Origin: Candidatus Bathyarchaeota archaeon
Lineage (GTDB): Archaea; Thermoproteota; Bathyarchaeia; Bathyarchaeales; Bathycorpusculaceae
Assembly (NCBI GenBank): GCA_963780185.1
Contig: CAWABA010000001.1
Location: 32,001-96,000 of the forward strand
Direction of reading: 5' to 3'
Length of the DNA: 64,000 nucleotides
Part shown: in pieces, positions 50,045 through 61,386 of the stretch
How positions within the stretch are numbered: the stretch's first letter is position 1
How the letters are laid out: each line of letters opens with the position of its first letter
The notes under the pieces: model-generated
The model's database searches: none
What the model was told of the DNA's origin: nothing
Seen by the model: the letters and a program-made list of their open reading frames with translations, nothing else
Program-made: the position numbers and the translations under genes

Positions 50045-51469
50045 TTGCGCAGCCAAACGTGTATGTTGATGACGACATCTAAAACGAAAATTGCTTTAGT
50101 TAATACACCGCTCCTCGAAGGGGCAGGTGACCACCCGCTTTTCGCGCCGCTTGGCTTAGCGTACATGGCGGCTGTGCTGGAGCAGAACAATTTTGAGGTA
50201 AAAGTCTTCGACTGCCCCATATACGGCATCGACCACGAGAGCTTAAAGAAGGAACTAAGCGTTTACCAACCCACCGTAGTCGGTGTGGGCGCAATGACGC
50301 AGACGTTTGAGTCAGCCCTCAAAACCGCTTACGCCGCAAAAGAAGCCTGCCCAGACGCCAAAATCGTTATGGGCGGACCACACGCAACCTTCCAAGACAG
50401 GGAAATCCTCGCACAGGAAGCCGTGGTTGACATTATCGTAAGAGGCGAAGGCGAAGAAACCCTTCTGGAACTTGCAAAGCAGCCTCAGTTGCAAAATATC
50501 GGCGACATCAAAGGGATAACTTACCGAAAAGACAACCAAATCGTGCAGACACCCACTCGACCCTTCATCCAAAACCTAGACGCTCTTCCACGCCCAGACT
50601 ACAAACAGATTCCAATCGAAAAATACCGAATAAACGGAAAAAGGATACTGCCGATAATCTCAAGCAGGGGATGCCCGTTCCAATGCAGCTTCTGCGTAGC
50701 CTCCGAAATGTTCGGCAGAACCTTCCGCGCAAGAAGCGCTGGCAACGTCCTCGACGAGATTGTGTGGCTTAAAAACGAGTATGGAGCAGAAGGAATCCAG
50801 TTTCAAGACGACACGTTTTCCTTCGACAAGAAAAGAGCCATTGACATCTGCGACGGAATGATTGAGCGCAAAGTAAACTTGAAGTGGGGCTGCGGAACCC
50901 GAGCAGACGTCACCACAAAGGAGCTGCTGGCTAAGATGCATAAGGCTGGCTGCGACGAAATCTGCTTCGGTGTCGAGTCAGGTTGCCAAAGAATCCGGGA
51001 TTCGCTGAAAAAGAAGGTCACTACTGAGCAGTGCGAAAACGCCATTAAATGGTCGAAGGAAACAGGCATATTCACAACCGTTTCAATCATCCTCGGGTAC
51101 CCGGGCGAAACAAGGGAAACCGTCCAGGAAAGCCTTGACTTTGTCCGAAAAGTTGAGCCAGACAGCGTATGGCTAAACATTCCCACGCCCTACCCCGGCA
51201 CAGAGCTACGTGCGCTGGTGCAGAGCAAGGGCTGGAAGATGACTAACGACTGGAACCGCTACAACACCATGAACGCCATCTTCGAAGACCCTGACCTGCC
51301 AGCGGAAGAAGTACTCAAGGCAAGAATGGAGTTCTACAACAAATTCTACTCGGTCAAGTACTTCATGCGCCAAGCCGTGAAGGGCTATTTGCGCGGCAGC
51401 GTCTACAGCAAAATCATGGCAAGAACAGCCGCGGGCTACATACTCATGCGAACCAGAAGCAAAGTCTAA
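50045..51469 (+). CDS. Cobalamin-binding radical SAM enzyme
   Basis: PLGLAYM, GGPHAT, RGEGE, SSRGCPFQCSFC, GVESG, PYPGT. Confidence 0.92.
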   Translation: MRSQTCMLMTTSKTKIALVNTPLLEGAGDHPLFAPLGLAYMAAVLEQNNFEVKVFDCPIYGIDHESLKKELSVYQPTVVGVGAMTQTFESALKTAYAAKEACPDAKIVMGGPHATFQDREILAQEAVVDIIVRGEGEETLLELAKQPQLQNIGDIKGITYRKDNQIVQTPTRPFIQNLDALPRPDYKQIPIEKYRINGKRILPIISSRGCPFQCSFCVASEMFGRTFRARSAGNVLDEIVWLKNEYGAEGIQFQDDTFSFDKKRAIDICDGMIERKVNLKWGCGTRADVTTKELLAKMHKAGCDEICFGVESGCQRIRDSLKKKVTTEQCENAIKWSKETGIFTTVSIILGYPGETRETVQESLDFVRKVEPDSVWLNIPTPYPGTELRALVQSKGWKMTNDWNRYNTMNAIFEDPDLPAEEVLKARMEFYNKFYSVKYFMRQAVKGYLRGSVYSKIMARTAAGYILMRTRSKV

Positions 51470-51562
51470 GATGTTTACGGCTCCACGAATTACCTCAAGA
51501 AAACACAAGATGCTTTTTTTCAATCCTAAAGCGACAGCAGCGATTTTTACGTAATCTTTATT

Positions 51563-52905
51563 ATGGTATCGAGCCGTTTTAAAGGTAAATTCGAGGGAAC
51601 TTGGATGACAAAAGCCTCTGCGCTTAAAAAAAGCACATCAGAAGTTTACGAGTCACGGGAAAATTGGCCGCCCTACACTTACAGGGATTACCCAGACATC
51701 AAACCTGAAACCTACAAAGCCTTCATGGAGTTCCTAAACACCGAGAACAAGTCGGGCAGATTGATGGAGCTTCAACCGTGGATTTCTGTTTGCGACTCAA
51801 AATGCGCGTTTTGTTATTTCCCAACCACCGCGACAAGCAAAGTGAAGATTGAGCCATACCTTGCCTTGCTCAAGAAAGAACTTGAAATGTACGCTAAAAC
51901 CAAGTATGTGAAGACAAGCTGTTTTGACGAAATCGTTTTGGGCGGTGGAACCCCCAGCGTTTTGGCTGCCGAGCAGATGATTGACCTTATCGATTTCTGC
52001 AAGGCGAACTTCAACATAAACAAAGAATATTTCATCAAAGTAACAGGTTCCTCAAAGACTCTTGCGCTTCCAAAAATCGACAAACTCGCCGAATACGGCG
52101 TTTACCAGATGGATATGGGCGCGCAAACCTTCGACGACAAACTCCGAAAATGCTTTGCTTGCCCGATTCTGCGGCAGACGTTGAAAAAGCCATTCGCCAT
52201 GCCCGGAAACTGGGTTTATGCGTCTGCGTTGACCTAATGTATAATCTTCCTGGGCAAACAATGGAAAGCTGGATAGACACACTCAAAAAAACAATTGAGC
52301 TTGACGTGGAAGTCGACGCATACTCGCTGCATGTTGATCCCGGCACGACTCTGGAAAAAATGATTAAAACAGGCGTTTCGCCGCCTACAGGAGACGCCGA
52401 ATACGAGAAGCAAATGTACCTGACAGCCTACAACATGCTTACCGAAGCAGGCTACAAAGCCGTTGGGCATGACCGTTTCAGCCGCGTTGAGTGGCACATG
52501 CGTGAAAACTGCCTTAACGGTTGGCCATGGGGTGGCATATTGACCACGGGTGCAGGCTGCTTTATGGGGTATCTGCAGAAGTTCAGTTACTCCAACATCG
52601 AAAACATCAACGACTACATGGCAGACGGTCAAAGCGGGGAAACTGCCGATAAGCAGACTTTCGAATCCACAAATGAGGACATGATGAGGCGAACGATGAC
52701 TCGGCTGTACCTGCGGTTGCCAGTGAGCAAGAAAGAGTTCATGGAGAAATTCGGAACCACACCCGAAAAGGTCTTTCCGAAACAGCTTCAGAAACTCAAG
52801 GACAAGGGACTTATCGAAATCGACGACAAAGAAGTCCGAATAACGAAGCTGGGCGAAATCTGGAAAGGCAACATAGCTTGGGAATTTGCACCTAACCAAA
52901 CCTAA
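51563..52905 (+). CDS. HemN/HemW-like radical SAM enzyme, frameshift in an A-run near 52150
   Basis: CDSKCAFC, GGGTPS, GAQTFDD, DLMYNLPGQT, GAG; HemN-type C-terminal helix region. Confidence 0.85.
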
Positions 52906-53044
52906 TTTTTCCCTTGCCCGTTTTTCTCCGTTTATTTCCTTTTAATCAATTTTTTTAAAGCCATAAACCCGAAAAAGTACCCCAAAACGATTGCCGCTTT
53001 GCGCGAGATGTTGTTTGATGATGCCATCCGGGTTTCCAGCAAAC

Positions 53045-53223
53045 TTTTGTAATATTACAAAACTTCAAGCGGAAACAATGGTTTTCCCTGTTTCTTTAGC
53101 TCGCAAAATCTTAAAGGATTTAAGCCTAAACCAAAAAATCAACCCAAAACAAGCCCTAAGCGGAACCCGCCTACCGAGGGAGGGGGTCTAGTATTTACAA
53201 CCAAAAACCACCACAAAAATGGA
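53045..53223 (+). repeat. Dispersed non-coding element, copy 2
   Basis: TTTTGTAATATTACAAAA ... CCGAGGGAGGGGGTCTAGTATTTACAACCAAAA. Confidence 0.9.
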
Positions 53224-53348
53224 TAAACAAAACCCTCAAAATCAACCCAAAACTCGAAAACTCCTTAACTTGCCCGTTCCGCATTTTTTCGCTTTATTTA
53301 GAAAACTATATAATTCCTCTCGGCGTACAAGCAGTCCCTAAGGGCGTA

Positions 53349-54740
53349 TTGAGTTTGAAGATTACTTTGGTTAATCCTCCTTATCCGTTGCATGTGCATT
53401 CGCATCCGCCGTTTATTCCGTTGGGGCTCGCTTATTTGGGCGCGGTGGCTGAGCAGGCGGGACACGAAGTCAACGTTATCGACTGCCAAGCAGAAAAACT
53501 AACATACGACCTTTTCAAGCAGAGAATCAGCCAGCTAAAACCCGACGTCATCGGAGTAACATCAACCACGCTTCTCTACAAATCCGCCATGCAACTCATC
53601 AACATAGCCAAAGAAGTCCACCCGCAAGCCGTCACGATGCTCGGCGGAAGCCACGCAACCTTCTGGGACGAAAACGCCCTCAAAGAGTACCCCAGCCTCG
53701 ACGTGGTTGTAAGGCGGGAAGGCGAAACAACCTTCGTTGAGCTTCTCAACAAGCTGCAAAGCGGAGGCAGCTTCTCTGACGTGCTCGGAGTCACTTTCCG
53801 CGCAAAAGACGGCACAATCGTCCGCACCGAAGACAGACCATTTCTGGAGGACCTAGACTCACTGCCTTTCCCCGCACATCATCTTCTTCCGCTTGAGTCG
53901 CTCAAACGCATGGGCAAAATCATGTTCCCACTTATGACAAGCCGCGGCTGCGTCTACTGGTGCGACTTCTGCAGCACAGTACGCATGTTCGGCAGAGGTT
54001 ACCGTTTCAGAAGCCCCAAAAACGTCGTCGACGAAATGCAGCTGGTACACGACAAATACGGCGTAGACCAAGTCACCTTCTACGACGACGCCTTCTCAGT
54101 TAACCGCGACCGAGTCATCAAAATCTGCGAGGAACTCCACACCAGAAAACTCGACATGACATGGGACTGCGGCACCCGCGTCGACATGGTTGACCGCGAA
54201 ATGCTAAAAACCATGCATGACGCAGGCTGCATAGCAGTTTGGATGGGCGTTGAGTCAGGTTCAGAAGCCATACTGGGAAAGATGAACAAGAAAATCAAGC
54301 TTGACCAGACACGGTCAGCCTTCAAAACAGCAACTGAAGTTGGGTTAATGACGATCGGGAACGTTGTGTTGGGGTTCCCAGGCGAGACGGAGCAAACGGC
54401 GAAAGAAACGATCCGCTTCGTCAAGGAACTTAAGCTCGATGACGTAGGCTTCTACGTTGCCACACCTTACCCGGGAACACCAATGTATGAACAAGTCGTA
54501 AAGAACGGTTGGCTACGGATCACCGACTTTGACAAATACGACACGGCAGGACCAACATTTGAAACCCCACAGCTAACCATGGAGAAACTTGCGGAGATCC
54601 GATACAAAGCTTACCAACAATTCTACCTGCGCCCAGGATACGTGCTTCACATGATGCGCAGAGGCGGAACATACGGGAAATCAGCGGTGAAAACTTCAGG
54701 CGCTTACCTGCTCAGGGCTCTGCACATTCGGCTGTCTTAA
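53349..54740 (+). CDS. Cobalamin-binding radical SAM enzyme
   Basis: PLGLAYL, GGSHAT, TSRGCVYWCDFC, GVESGS, PYPGT. Confidence 0.92.
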   Translation: MSLKITLVNPPYPLHVHSHPPFIPLGLAYLGAVAEQAGHEVNVIDCQAEKLTYDLFKQRISQLKPDVIGVTSTTLLYKSAMQLINIAKEVHPQAVTMLGGSHATFWDENALKEYPSLDVVVRREGETTFVELLNKLQSGGSFSDVLGVTFRAKDGTIVRTEDRPFLEDLDSLPFPAHHLLPLESLKRMGKIMFPLMTSRGCVYWCDFCSTVRMFGRGYRFRSPKNVVDEMQLVHDKYGVDQVTFYDDAFSVNRDRVIKICEELHTRKLDMTWDCGTRVDMVDREMLKTMHDAGCIAVWMGVESGSEAILGKMNKKIKLDQTRSAFKTATEVGLMTIGNVVLGFPGETEQTAKETIRFVKELKLDDVGFYVATPYPGTPMYEQVVKNGWLRITDFDKYDTAGPTFETPQLTMEKLAEIRYKAYQQFYLRPGYVLHMMRRGGTYGKSAVKTSGAYLLRALHIRLS

Positions 54741-55104
54741 CTTCCTCACAAACGCGACGGAAGCAAAAACCAGCACCATCCCGCTGAGAGAAACCGTTAT
54801 TGAAGTAAAGTTTATGCCAATAGGCGAAAGCCCCAGAAACAAGCCTGCTAACCCATCTAAACCAAAACTCAAAGCCACCGACAACACCAACTGCTCAACT
54901 GGATCAATACTATTTCTGCCCTATGAAGAGGATATTGATTAAGCAGTAGCCTGGCAGAAAAACGACAAAAACAAAACCGAAAACATAACGCAAAACAGCA
55001 AACAGGGAGTCGCCGGGAATAAGGTAAGTAACTGCCAAAGTTAAAACTGTGAATGCGATGATTATTTCAAGCCATTTAAGAGGTTTCAGATTTTCGCGCT
55101 TCAA
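54696..55104 (-). CDS. DUF1616-like small membrane protein, frameshift in a G-run near 54920
   Basis: LRYVFGFVFVVFLPGY..LF joins IDPVEQLVLSVALS in the next frame. Confidence 0.7.
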
Positions 55105-55142
55105 AACTTTAAACAAATAAAAAATAAAGGAAGGAGTTTTTT

Positions 55143-56054
55143 CTACAGGAACATCTTGTAGATTGGATGAGTCTCGTCTACGGGTCTTGTTCCAAGGTCG
55201 CCTGCGGCTGATGCAATGTATGTATCGGTTACTGCAACGGCTGGGAATATCCATTCTGCTTGTTCTGCGGGTCCAATCATTAGCCAGTTTGCGCCTGCTA
55301 CTTGCATAATTGAGTTCGTTGCGGTTCTGCATCCGGGGCGGAATTCTTTCGCGACGTTTGCTTTAACCCAACCCATCGTAGTGACAACGTTTCCGCTGCC
55401 TAAGCCTACTGGGTGACCATACTTCTCTTTCATGATCGGTATGGTTCGAACTGCAGTGCCCATGTCTGGAGCGAACGCGGGAATAGCTGTGTCAATCAAA
55501 GGTTTTGTGATTCCACCTTTTTCTGCCAACGCTAATGCTTCCTGGATAACCTTCATTTTACCTTCTAATGTGGTATCTTTGGGGTCATCAGCAAGCACTA
55601 TGGACATTTTGACGCCGCTTTCCTTTAAATTCGCCAATTCAGCATCAGTTACACCTTTGTAAACTGAGTTGTAAAGGCATCGGTCTGCAAGACCCATCTT
55701 TTTTGCAATGGTTGCTGCTGTCATACGTGTCTTCGGACTCATCGCGTCAAGCATCAACGGTGCGTCACTGTGTTTTGCAACGAAGTCAATGTACTTCTCA
55801 AAAGCCAAATCAGTAGTTCCAACGATATCAAAAGCGAACTGCACGCCGGTAATGTCACTTTGAGTCTGCATTGTGTTGATTATGTCTTCTGCTGCTTTTG
55901 CATCAAAAAGACCCTTGTTTGCGTCTTGAACCATTTTTTGGCCAAGCCAAAAGATAGAACCAATCAGAAAAGTCGGTAATTCCCCTGGCTGACCGCCAAC
56001 TTTAGCTTTTCCAACCGTGTAAATATTCTGTTTCGTGTTGAATTTAAAGGACAT
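55143..56054 (-). CDS. mtrH: Tetrahydromethanopterin S-methyltransferase subunit H family (MtrH/MtxH)
   Basis: KVGGQPGELPTFLIGSIF, LYNS, PLIDTA, GANWLMIGP, HPIY. Confidence 0.9.
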   Translation of the reverse strand: MSFKFNTKQNIYTVGKAKVGGQPGELPTFLIGSIFWLGQKMVQDANKGLFDAKAAEDIINTMQTQSDITGVQFAFDIVGTTDLAFEKYIDFVAKHSDAPLMLDAMSPKTRMTAATIAKKMGLADRCLYNSVYKGVTDAELANLKESGVKMSIVLADDPKDTTLEGKMKVIQEALALAEKGGITKPLIDTAIPAFAPDMGTAVRTIPIMKEKYGHPVGLGSGNVVTTMGWVKANVAKEFRPGCRTATNSIMQVAGANWLMIGPAEQAEWIFPAVAVTDTYIASAAGDLGTRPVDETHPIYKMFL

Positions 56055-56072
56055 GTTTCCTCATCTGAAGGA

Positions 56073-56501
56073 TTATTTTTTGCCTATTGCTTTCTTTGCG
56101 AGTTCAGGAGCTTCTTCCTTGTTCTTGCCGAAAAGTGCACCCATTGCGTCAGCGTCTTCTTTTTTAACCGCAGCACCGCCCATAATTATGGCGATTTTTC
56201 CTTTAAGGCCAGCAGCCTTCAATGCTTCATCTAGTTTTGCAAGATTGTTCTTTGCTGGTACAGTATTTACTGAAATAGCGATCAAGTCTGCATTGTTCTC
56301 TTTTGCTTTATCAACGAAAACTTGTGGAGCAACGCTTTTTCCGACGTCAATAGTTTTAAATCCAGCGCGTTTTAGCGATCTTCTGACTGCTTCTTTCGCT
56401 GTGTCATGCATGTCCGGTTCAATGTTGCCGATAACGACTATGCCGATTGGATTCTCTGGTTCTGGAGGCTCTTTTTCCATCATAGATTTAAGCCACGACA
56501 T
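56073..56501 (-). CDS. Stand-alone cobalamin-binding (corrinoid) protein
   Basis: EPDMHDTAK (DxHxxG-like), IDVGKSVAP, IAIS, IMGGAAV. Confidence 0.85.
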   Translation of the reverse strand: MSWLKSMMEKEPPEPENPIGIVVIGNIEPDMHDTAKEAVRRSLKRAGFKTIDVGKSVAPQVFVDKAKENNADLIAISVNTVPAKNNLAKLDEALKAAGLKGKIAIIMGGAAVKKEDADAMGALFGKNKEEAPELAKKAIGKK

Positions 56502-56621
56502 TTAAACACCTTTTTTCCTTTGTAATTACTCTGGGCTTTTTATACTCGAGTTTCATATTTAAGCTTTGACTAAAAAATTCATCAAAAATAAAAGAATACC
56601 ACGGAAAAGAGAGGGGCGCAA

Positions 56622-58932
56622 ATGTTCAAGGCAAACAAAAAATACGTTCTGCTTCTGTTAATTTTCGTCTTCTCATTCATTTACCGTGTTGTCCTAATGT
56701 TTTGGCAAAGCTTTCCTCCGGGCGCTGACATAGGATTACACGCCAGCGTCATCAACTCAATTACGGGGTCAGGCAACACTAATTTCCTCCACGATTACTT
56801 CCAGATGGGGGGAGGTCAATCCTTGACCTTTCCAGGGTACCATATTTTCACTTCAGCTATAATACTCATGACTGGCTTAACCGATTATGTTGCGCAGGCT
56901 CTAATTGTTGCGTTGTTTTCTTCGCTTATTGTCTTAGCGGCTTTCCTTGTAACTCGGGCGGTTTGGTCCGAATCAGCGGCTTTTGTGGTTGCCTTTTTAG
57001 TGGCAGTCTCACGTTTCGATATTGAAATGCTGATGTGGGCAGGCTACCCTAACGTTATAACGTTGCTTTTGATCCCTGTAACGTTCTACCTCTTTCTTAG
57101 AAGAGAAAGGTTCTCGTTGGCGCCCTTTCTTGTTTCAGGTTCGATTTTGGTCGGATCGATTTTTTTGACCCATTCTTTGAGCGCTGCAGTTTTTATCGGT
57201 ATAACCGCTATTACGGTGTTTTTTGCGTTGATTGCTCCCAAAACTTTTGGAACAACGCGCAAAAATGTTGCGAGCTGGTTGCTTCCAGTTCTCGGTGGTG
57301 CACTCCTTGTTTCACCATTTCTTGCAAGTGCGATTCCTGCTTACTTGAGCGCTAACTCGTCATTTTCCGCGGTTAACGTTATTGATCAAGCCGTAATCGC
57401 GACAAGAGTCCTTCCCATGGACGAAGTTTTGGCTCTCTTCGCCTGCCTTCTACCTCTTCTTTTATTATCCAAGAAGTATAACCGCCGATTCATTTCGCTT
57501 CCAACTTTCCTGATAATCATGTGGCTTTTCATTCCGCTATTGCTGACACAAGGTTACTTGTTTGGGCTTATAGTCGATTACAATCGTTTTCTTTACTTCC
57601 TGGTTTTACCCGTAATCATACTTTTCGCCATGATGATTGATCACGGTTCAGCATATTTTGCACACCTAACAGTAAACTATCAAAATCTTGCAAACCAGAT
57701 GCCGAAAACAACTCGAGCCGCAAACAAGTGGGCATCACGAATCTCCTCTGGCATAACCCGTAAGCGAGTTTACTCTATCTTCGCGTTAGGCTTCATTTTT
57801 ATCTTTCTCGTAACACTTCCCATTTTTCTAACACCTTGGCAAGGGGTCGAGATTCAAAGCTTCTATCAAACCATGAATAAGCCTGGCTACCAAGCCATTC
57901 AATGGGCCAAGCAAAACACAGCACCAGGCTCAATCTTTGTTTCTGACGCCCTCTATGGCTGGTGGCTTGGCGGTTTTGCAGAACGGCCAACCTTGAGTGC
58001 GGTCCAACCTCAGTATTTGACGGTTGACAGCGAGTTGGCGCCTGCAACTTTTGCTTCTAACTTGCTCGATACAGATTACATGATTGATAACGGCTACATT
58101 CAAGTTCGAGAAGACGGCGGGTTTGTGGGGAGACATAACCCTGAATTTCTAGCGGACCTCAATTGGTCACCTTTCCCCTTCTCCTTCTTCCAGTTTAACG
58201 ATAGCGAGATTACTTTGCTCTCACAGAATGCTGGATCTATGCAGTCCACAGACATAACTCAAATCCCGGTAGCCAACATGCAATTAGTCGGCGAGCAAAG
58301 CCACAGCCCATCAATTGTTGTCAACAAAGCAAACAACGACTTCAGCTACTCGGAAATCTTAACCATCTCACAAGGCGTAGCCTTCGCTAACATGACCATA
58401 GTAATCCAAAGCGACAATCCCAACATTTCTTTAGATTGGATCAACTTCATAATGAATTCACAAGGACAATTTCTACAGCCATCCAATAATACAGTCGCGA
58501 TGCTAGATACAGGCATGAAAGAGGTCGGTCAACTTGTTTTCATTGGCAATCAGCCGCAAGTGTCCGCGTTTAACACGCAAAGTCCCTGCATTGCACAACT
58601 CTCCTATAATCTGCAAGGCAAATCATATGCAGAAATACAGATTCTAGTGGGCATCTACCAAGTTACGGAAAATGATGTAGTAAACCCATACTAGCCTCAA
58701 CCAAACCTTGCTGGACAATGTTGAGACCGCGCAAAAACCAACTGACAATTTGCCCTTAACTACGTTTGATTATAGCGCGGCGTTGCAGGCTAACTCGGTT
58801 TCTTATGTCGCAAACCGCGATTTTGGAGTGAACGCGAAATTTGCTGATGACCCCCAATTTAGCCTCGTATTTATAAACAATGAAGTTGCCATCTTTAAAG
58901 TCAGGGCGAACATCAATCAGACTGGAGGATAA
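56622..58932 (+). CDS. Multi-TM GT-C-like membrane protein, frameshift near 58693
   Basis: GADIGLH, FPGYH, ~12 TMs, AIQWAKQNT periplasmic domain; the C-terminal fragment aligns with the end of the paralogue 58941..61340. Confidence 0.7.
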
Positions 58933-58940
58933 CTAGCTTC

Positions 58941-61340
58941 TTGATGGGTAGATTGGCAAACGAGAGACAGCTTGAAGTTGTGTTTATCGCGATTTTCTCT
59001 GTGCTTGTTTTAGTCATCTTCTACACGGTCATATCGATGAATGGTGTCGTGCTCGGAAATGACCCTGCTGTTCATCTGGTAAAAGCACAGATTTTCCTCA
59101 ATACAGGCAAAATACCATTGGAAAACTTAGGTTGGACGCCTCCTCTTTACGAGCTTTTGCTTGCCACACTTATTTCTTTCAGCGGTGCAACTGGAATCGG
59201 ACAGATGATTTTTTTAGTGAAAGCTCTCGCAGCAGTGGTTGATTGGCTGCTTTTTATGGCTGTTTACTTGATGGCCAGTAAGTTTTTTGGCAAGAAAGTT
59301 GGGGCCGTAAGTGCTGTTTTGCTGCTGATGTGTTTTCCTGTGTTTGAGGCTAACCAGTTTGGCGGCTACACCACAGTACTTGGTATAGCTTACATTCTTT
59401 TTATGCTTCTTTATTTAACGAAAGCTATAGCGGATTTCGGTTTCCTCGTGGTTACCTTCATCGCGGCTTTTGCCCTTGTTTTGTCCCATCAACTTGCCGC
59501 TTTCCTGGCGGTTATGATGCTGCCTCCGATCCTGATCTATATGGTGATAAAGTCTAGAGGCGCCTCCCTTAAGGTTGTATTAGCCTTGATAGTGGGCGGA
59601 GGAATCGCATTCCTTTATTACTTCAAAGCTATGTTCGGATACATTGGTCTTGTTGTGGAATACGTGTTTTTTGCAGTGAAAACGTATGCTTTCCAGATCC
59701 CATCCGTCAGCTTCAAAGCGTTCATGGTCAATTTTGGGTTCATTTTCTTTCTTGCATTAGCTGGTATTGGCATTTCATTCTTTTTCCTAAGGAAAGAGAA
59801 AAAACTGTTTTCTTACGCAATATTGATGATTAGTTTCTTTGTTCCGCTTTTCTTCGCTCAGTCTTATCTTTTTGGTTTCTTCATGCCTTTCCAATGGTTT
59901 GTCTATTACTTAACGCCTGCAATGGCTATATTCGCGGCTGTTTCCGTCGTGTTTATTCAAGAAAAGTTTCTTTCGTTTTATTTGAAGAACAGAACGAACC
60001 TCTTGGTGCATGAGGGGTCTCCTCAATTTGGCACAATTGGAGCTAAGGAAGGACAAAAGGTTGCAAAAGCTTTTAGGCAACGTCTGATTGGTCCTATCCG
60101 AAGAAATTGGCTAAAGATACTCACCGCTTCTTTAGTCTTATTGATGTGTCTAGTGCTCGTTTTTCGCTCCGACATGGTTTACGGTAAAATGATCCAAGCA
60201 AGCGTTTACTACTCAACAACTGATGTAAAAGCGCTTGACGCAGGCATCTGGCTAAAACAGAACTATTCGAATAACGCAACGGTTGTTGACACTGACATTC
60301 CTGGTTTTTGGTTTTCAGCGTTTTCAGGCAAAACCGTTATTGCGCAGACTTCAGCCACGGTTGAGACAAATGACGTCGCGTGGTCAGTTCTGAGTTTATC
60401 ATACGACATTCAGGATTCTCAAAACCTGTTTCGGGCCTACGAGGCTTATGGGAACACTTTCCTAGAAAGTTACATTTCCATCAACGGGATCTGGTATTGC
60501 GTGTCATCGTCATCTACAGCAGGAGACTTTATCTCTTTCACTGAAAACGGGAAGAACTACGATTTCTCTTTCTCAAACTTAACAAGGGACATTTACTTTG
60601 ACCAAAATACATACCCAGCACAGCTTGAGTTGCGGTTCTCAAACGACTATGTAGCGTTAACTGAGACAATGCTTGTTCAAAACAACACTTACCCAACCGA
60701 CTTTTCTTGGGCTGTGACCCCCCTAAATGGCGACATTACAAACGTAACGCTTTACCTAACCAACTATTTCAACCTCCAAAATACCTTTTTCGATAAGGTC
60801 CAAATTCCTCAGTTCATGGATTGGGTTAATCCTTGGAATGTAACTTCAAAAATGTCTAACGGAAATCTCTGGACAGTTGTCAATTTCCCAAATACCGCCT
60901 CGGCTAACTACGTTGGCATCTATGACGATAAAAACCAAATTGCTTACGCTTACAACTTCACCGACCGACCTGACTGGGGAAACATTGGTGCTTTGGGCGG
61001 GGGAAAAATTGATGCTGTACGATTCCAGTATCAATTCAACGAAATCAACGCTGACCAGATGGTTAAACGACAGTATCAAGTTCTCTGCCTTTCGAAAAGC
61101 AATTTTACAGCTTTGCAGGAAAGCAATATTGAAAGCCTCTTTAGCTTCAAATCCGACCCGTTCTCGGTCTACACCAGAAACTACAAAGACTACATAACCA
61201 GCAACAACATCCAATTCATAGTTTACGACCGAAACCAACTTGACCCCAACATAATCCACCTGAAATTCCTGCAGCTAATATACTCAAACAACCGATATGT
61301 AATCTTCAAGATATTGAACAACTACAACCAAACCCAATGA
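58941..61340 (+). CDS. Multi-TM GT-C-like membrane protein, paralogue of 56622
   Basis: GNDPAVH, WTPPLY, LSHQL, WLKQN, LIYSNNRYVIFKI. Confidence 0.75.
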   Translation: MMGRLANERQLEVVFIAIFSVLVLVIFYTVISMNGVVLGNDPAVHLVKAQIFLNTGKIPLENLGWTPPLYELLLATLISFSGATGIGQMIFLVKALAAVVDWLLFMAVYLMASKFFGKKVGAVSAVLLLMCFPVFEANQFGGYTTVLGIAYILFMLLYLTKAIADFGFLVVTFIAAFALVLSHQLAAFLAVMMLPPILIYMVIKSRGASLKVVLALIVGGGIAFLYYFKAMFGYIGLVVEYVFFAVKTYAFQIPSVSFKAFMVNFGFIFFLALAGIGISFFFLRKEKKLFSYAILMISFFVPLFFAQSYLFGFFMPFQWFVYYLTPAMAIFAAVSVVFIQEKFLSFYLKNRTNLLVHEGSPQFGTIGAKEGQKVAKAFRQRLIGPIRRNWLKILTASLVLLMCLVLVFRSDMVYGKMIQASVYYSTTDVKALDAGIWLKQNYSNNATVVDTDIPGFWFSAFSGKTVIAQTSATVETNDVAWSVLSLSYDIQDSQNLFRAYEAYGNTFLESYISINGIWYCVSSSSTAGDFISFTENGKNYDFSFSNLTRDIYFDQNTYPAQLELRFSNDYVALTETMLVQNNTYPTDFSWAVTPLNGDITNVTLYLTNYFNLQNTFFDKVQIPQFMDWVNPWNVTSKMSNGNLWTVVNFPNTASANYVGIYDDKNQIAYAYNFTDRPDWGNIGALGGGKIDAVRFQYQFNEINADQMVKRQYQVLCLSKSNFTALQESNIESLFSFKSDPFSVYTRNYKDYITSNNIQFIVYDRNQLDPNIIHLKFLQLIYSNNRYVIFKILNNYNQTQ

Positions 61341-61386
61341 GAAAAAACCGAGCCAACGGAGCAACTTCGCAACTCCTTTGGATTCG

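Noticed and set aside
55143-56054. Evidence for methanogenesis from mtrH
   Set aside because: No mcr or mtrA-G in the window; stand-alone MtrH is widespread in non-methanogens.
58692-58708. Pyrrolysine/amber readthrough at TAG 58692, and TGA readthrough at 7105
   Set aside because: The downstream coding continues in a different frame in both cases, so these are not in-frame stops.
3814-58932. Programmed frameshifting in the many split genes (near 4911, 12400, 14685, 18950, 19785, 20403, 52150, 54920, 58693)
   Set aside because: These are single-base indels, often in short homopolymers, in unrelated genes with no shared slippery motif. Long-read consensus error is the simplest explanation.
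59990-60110. Possible in-frame inserted element in the GT-C gene
   Set aside because: The paralogue 56622 has a basic cytoplasmic loop of similar length at the same position.
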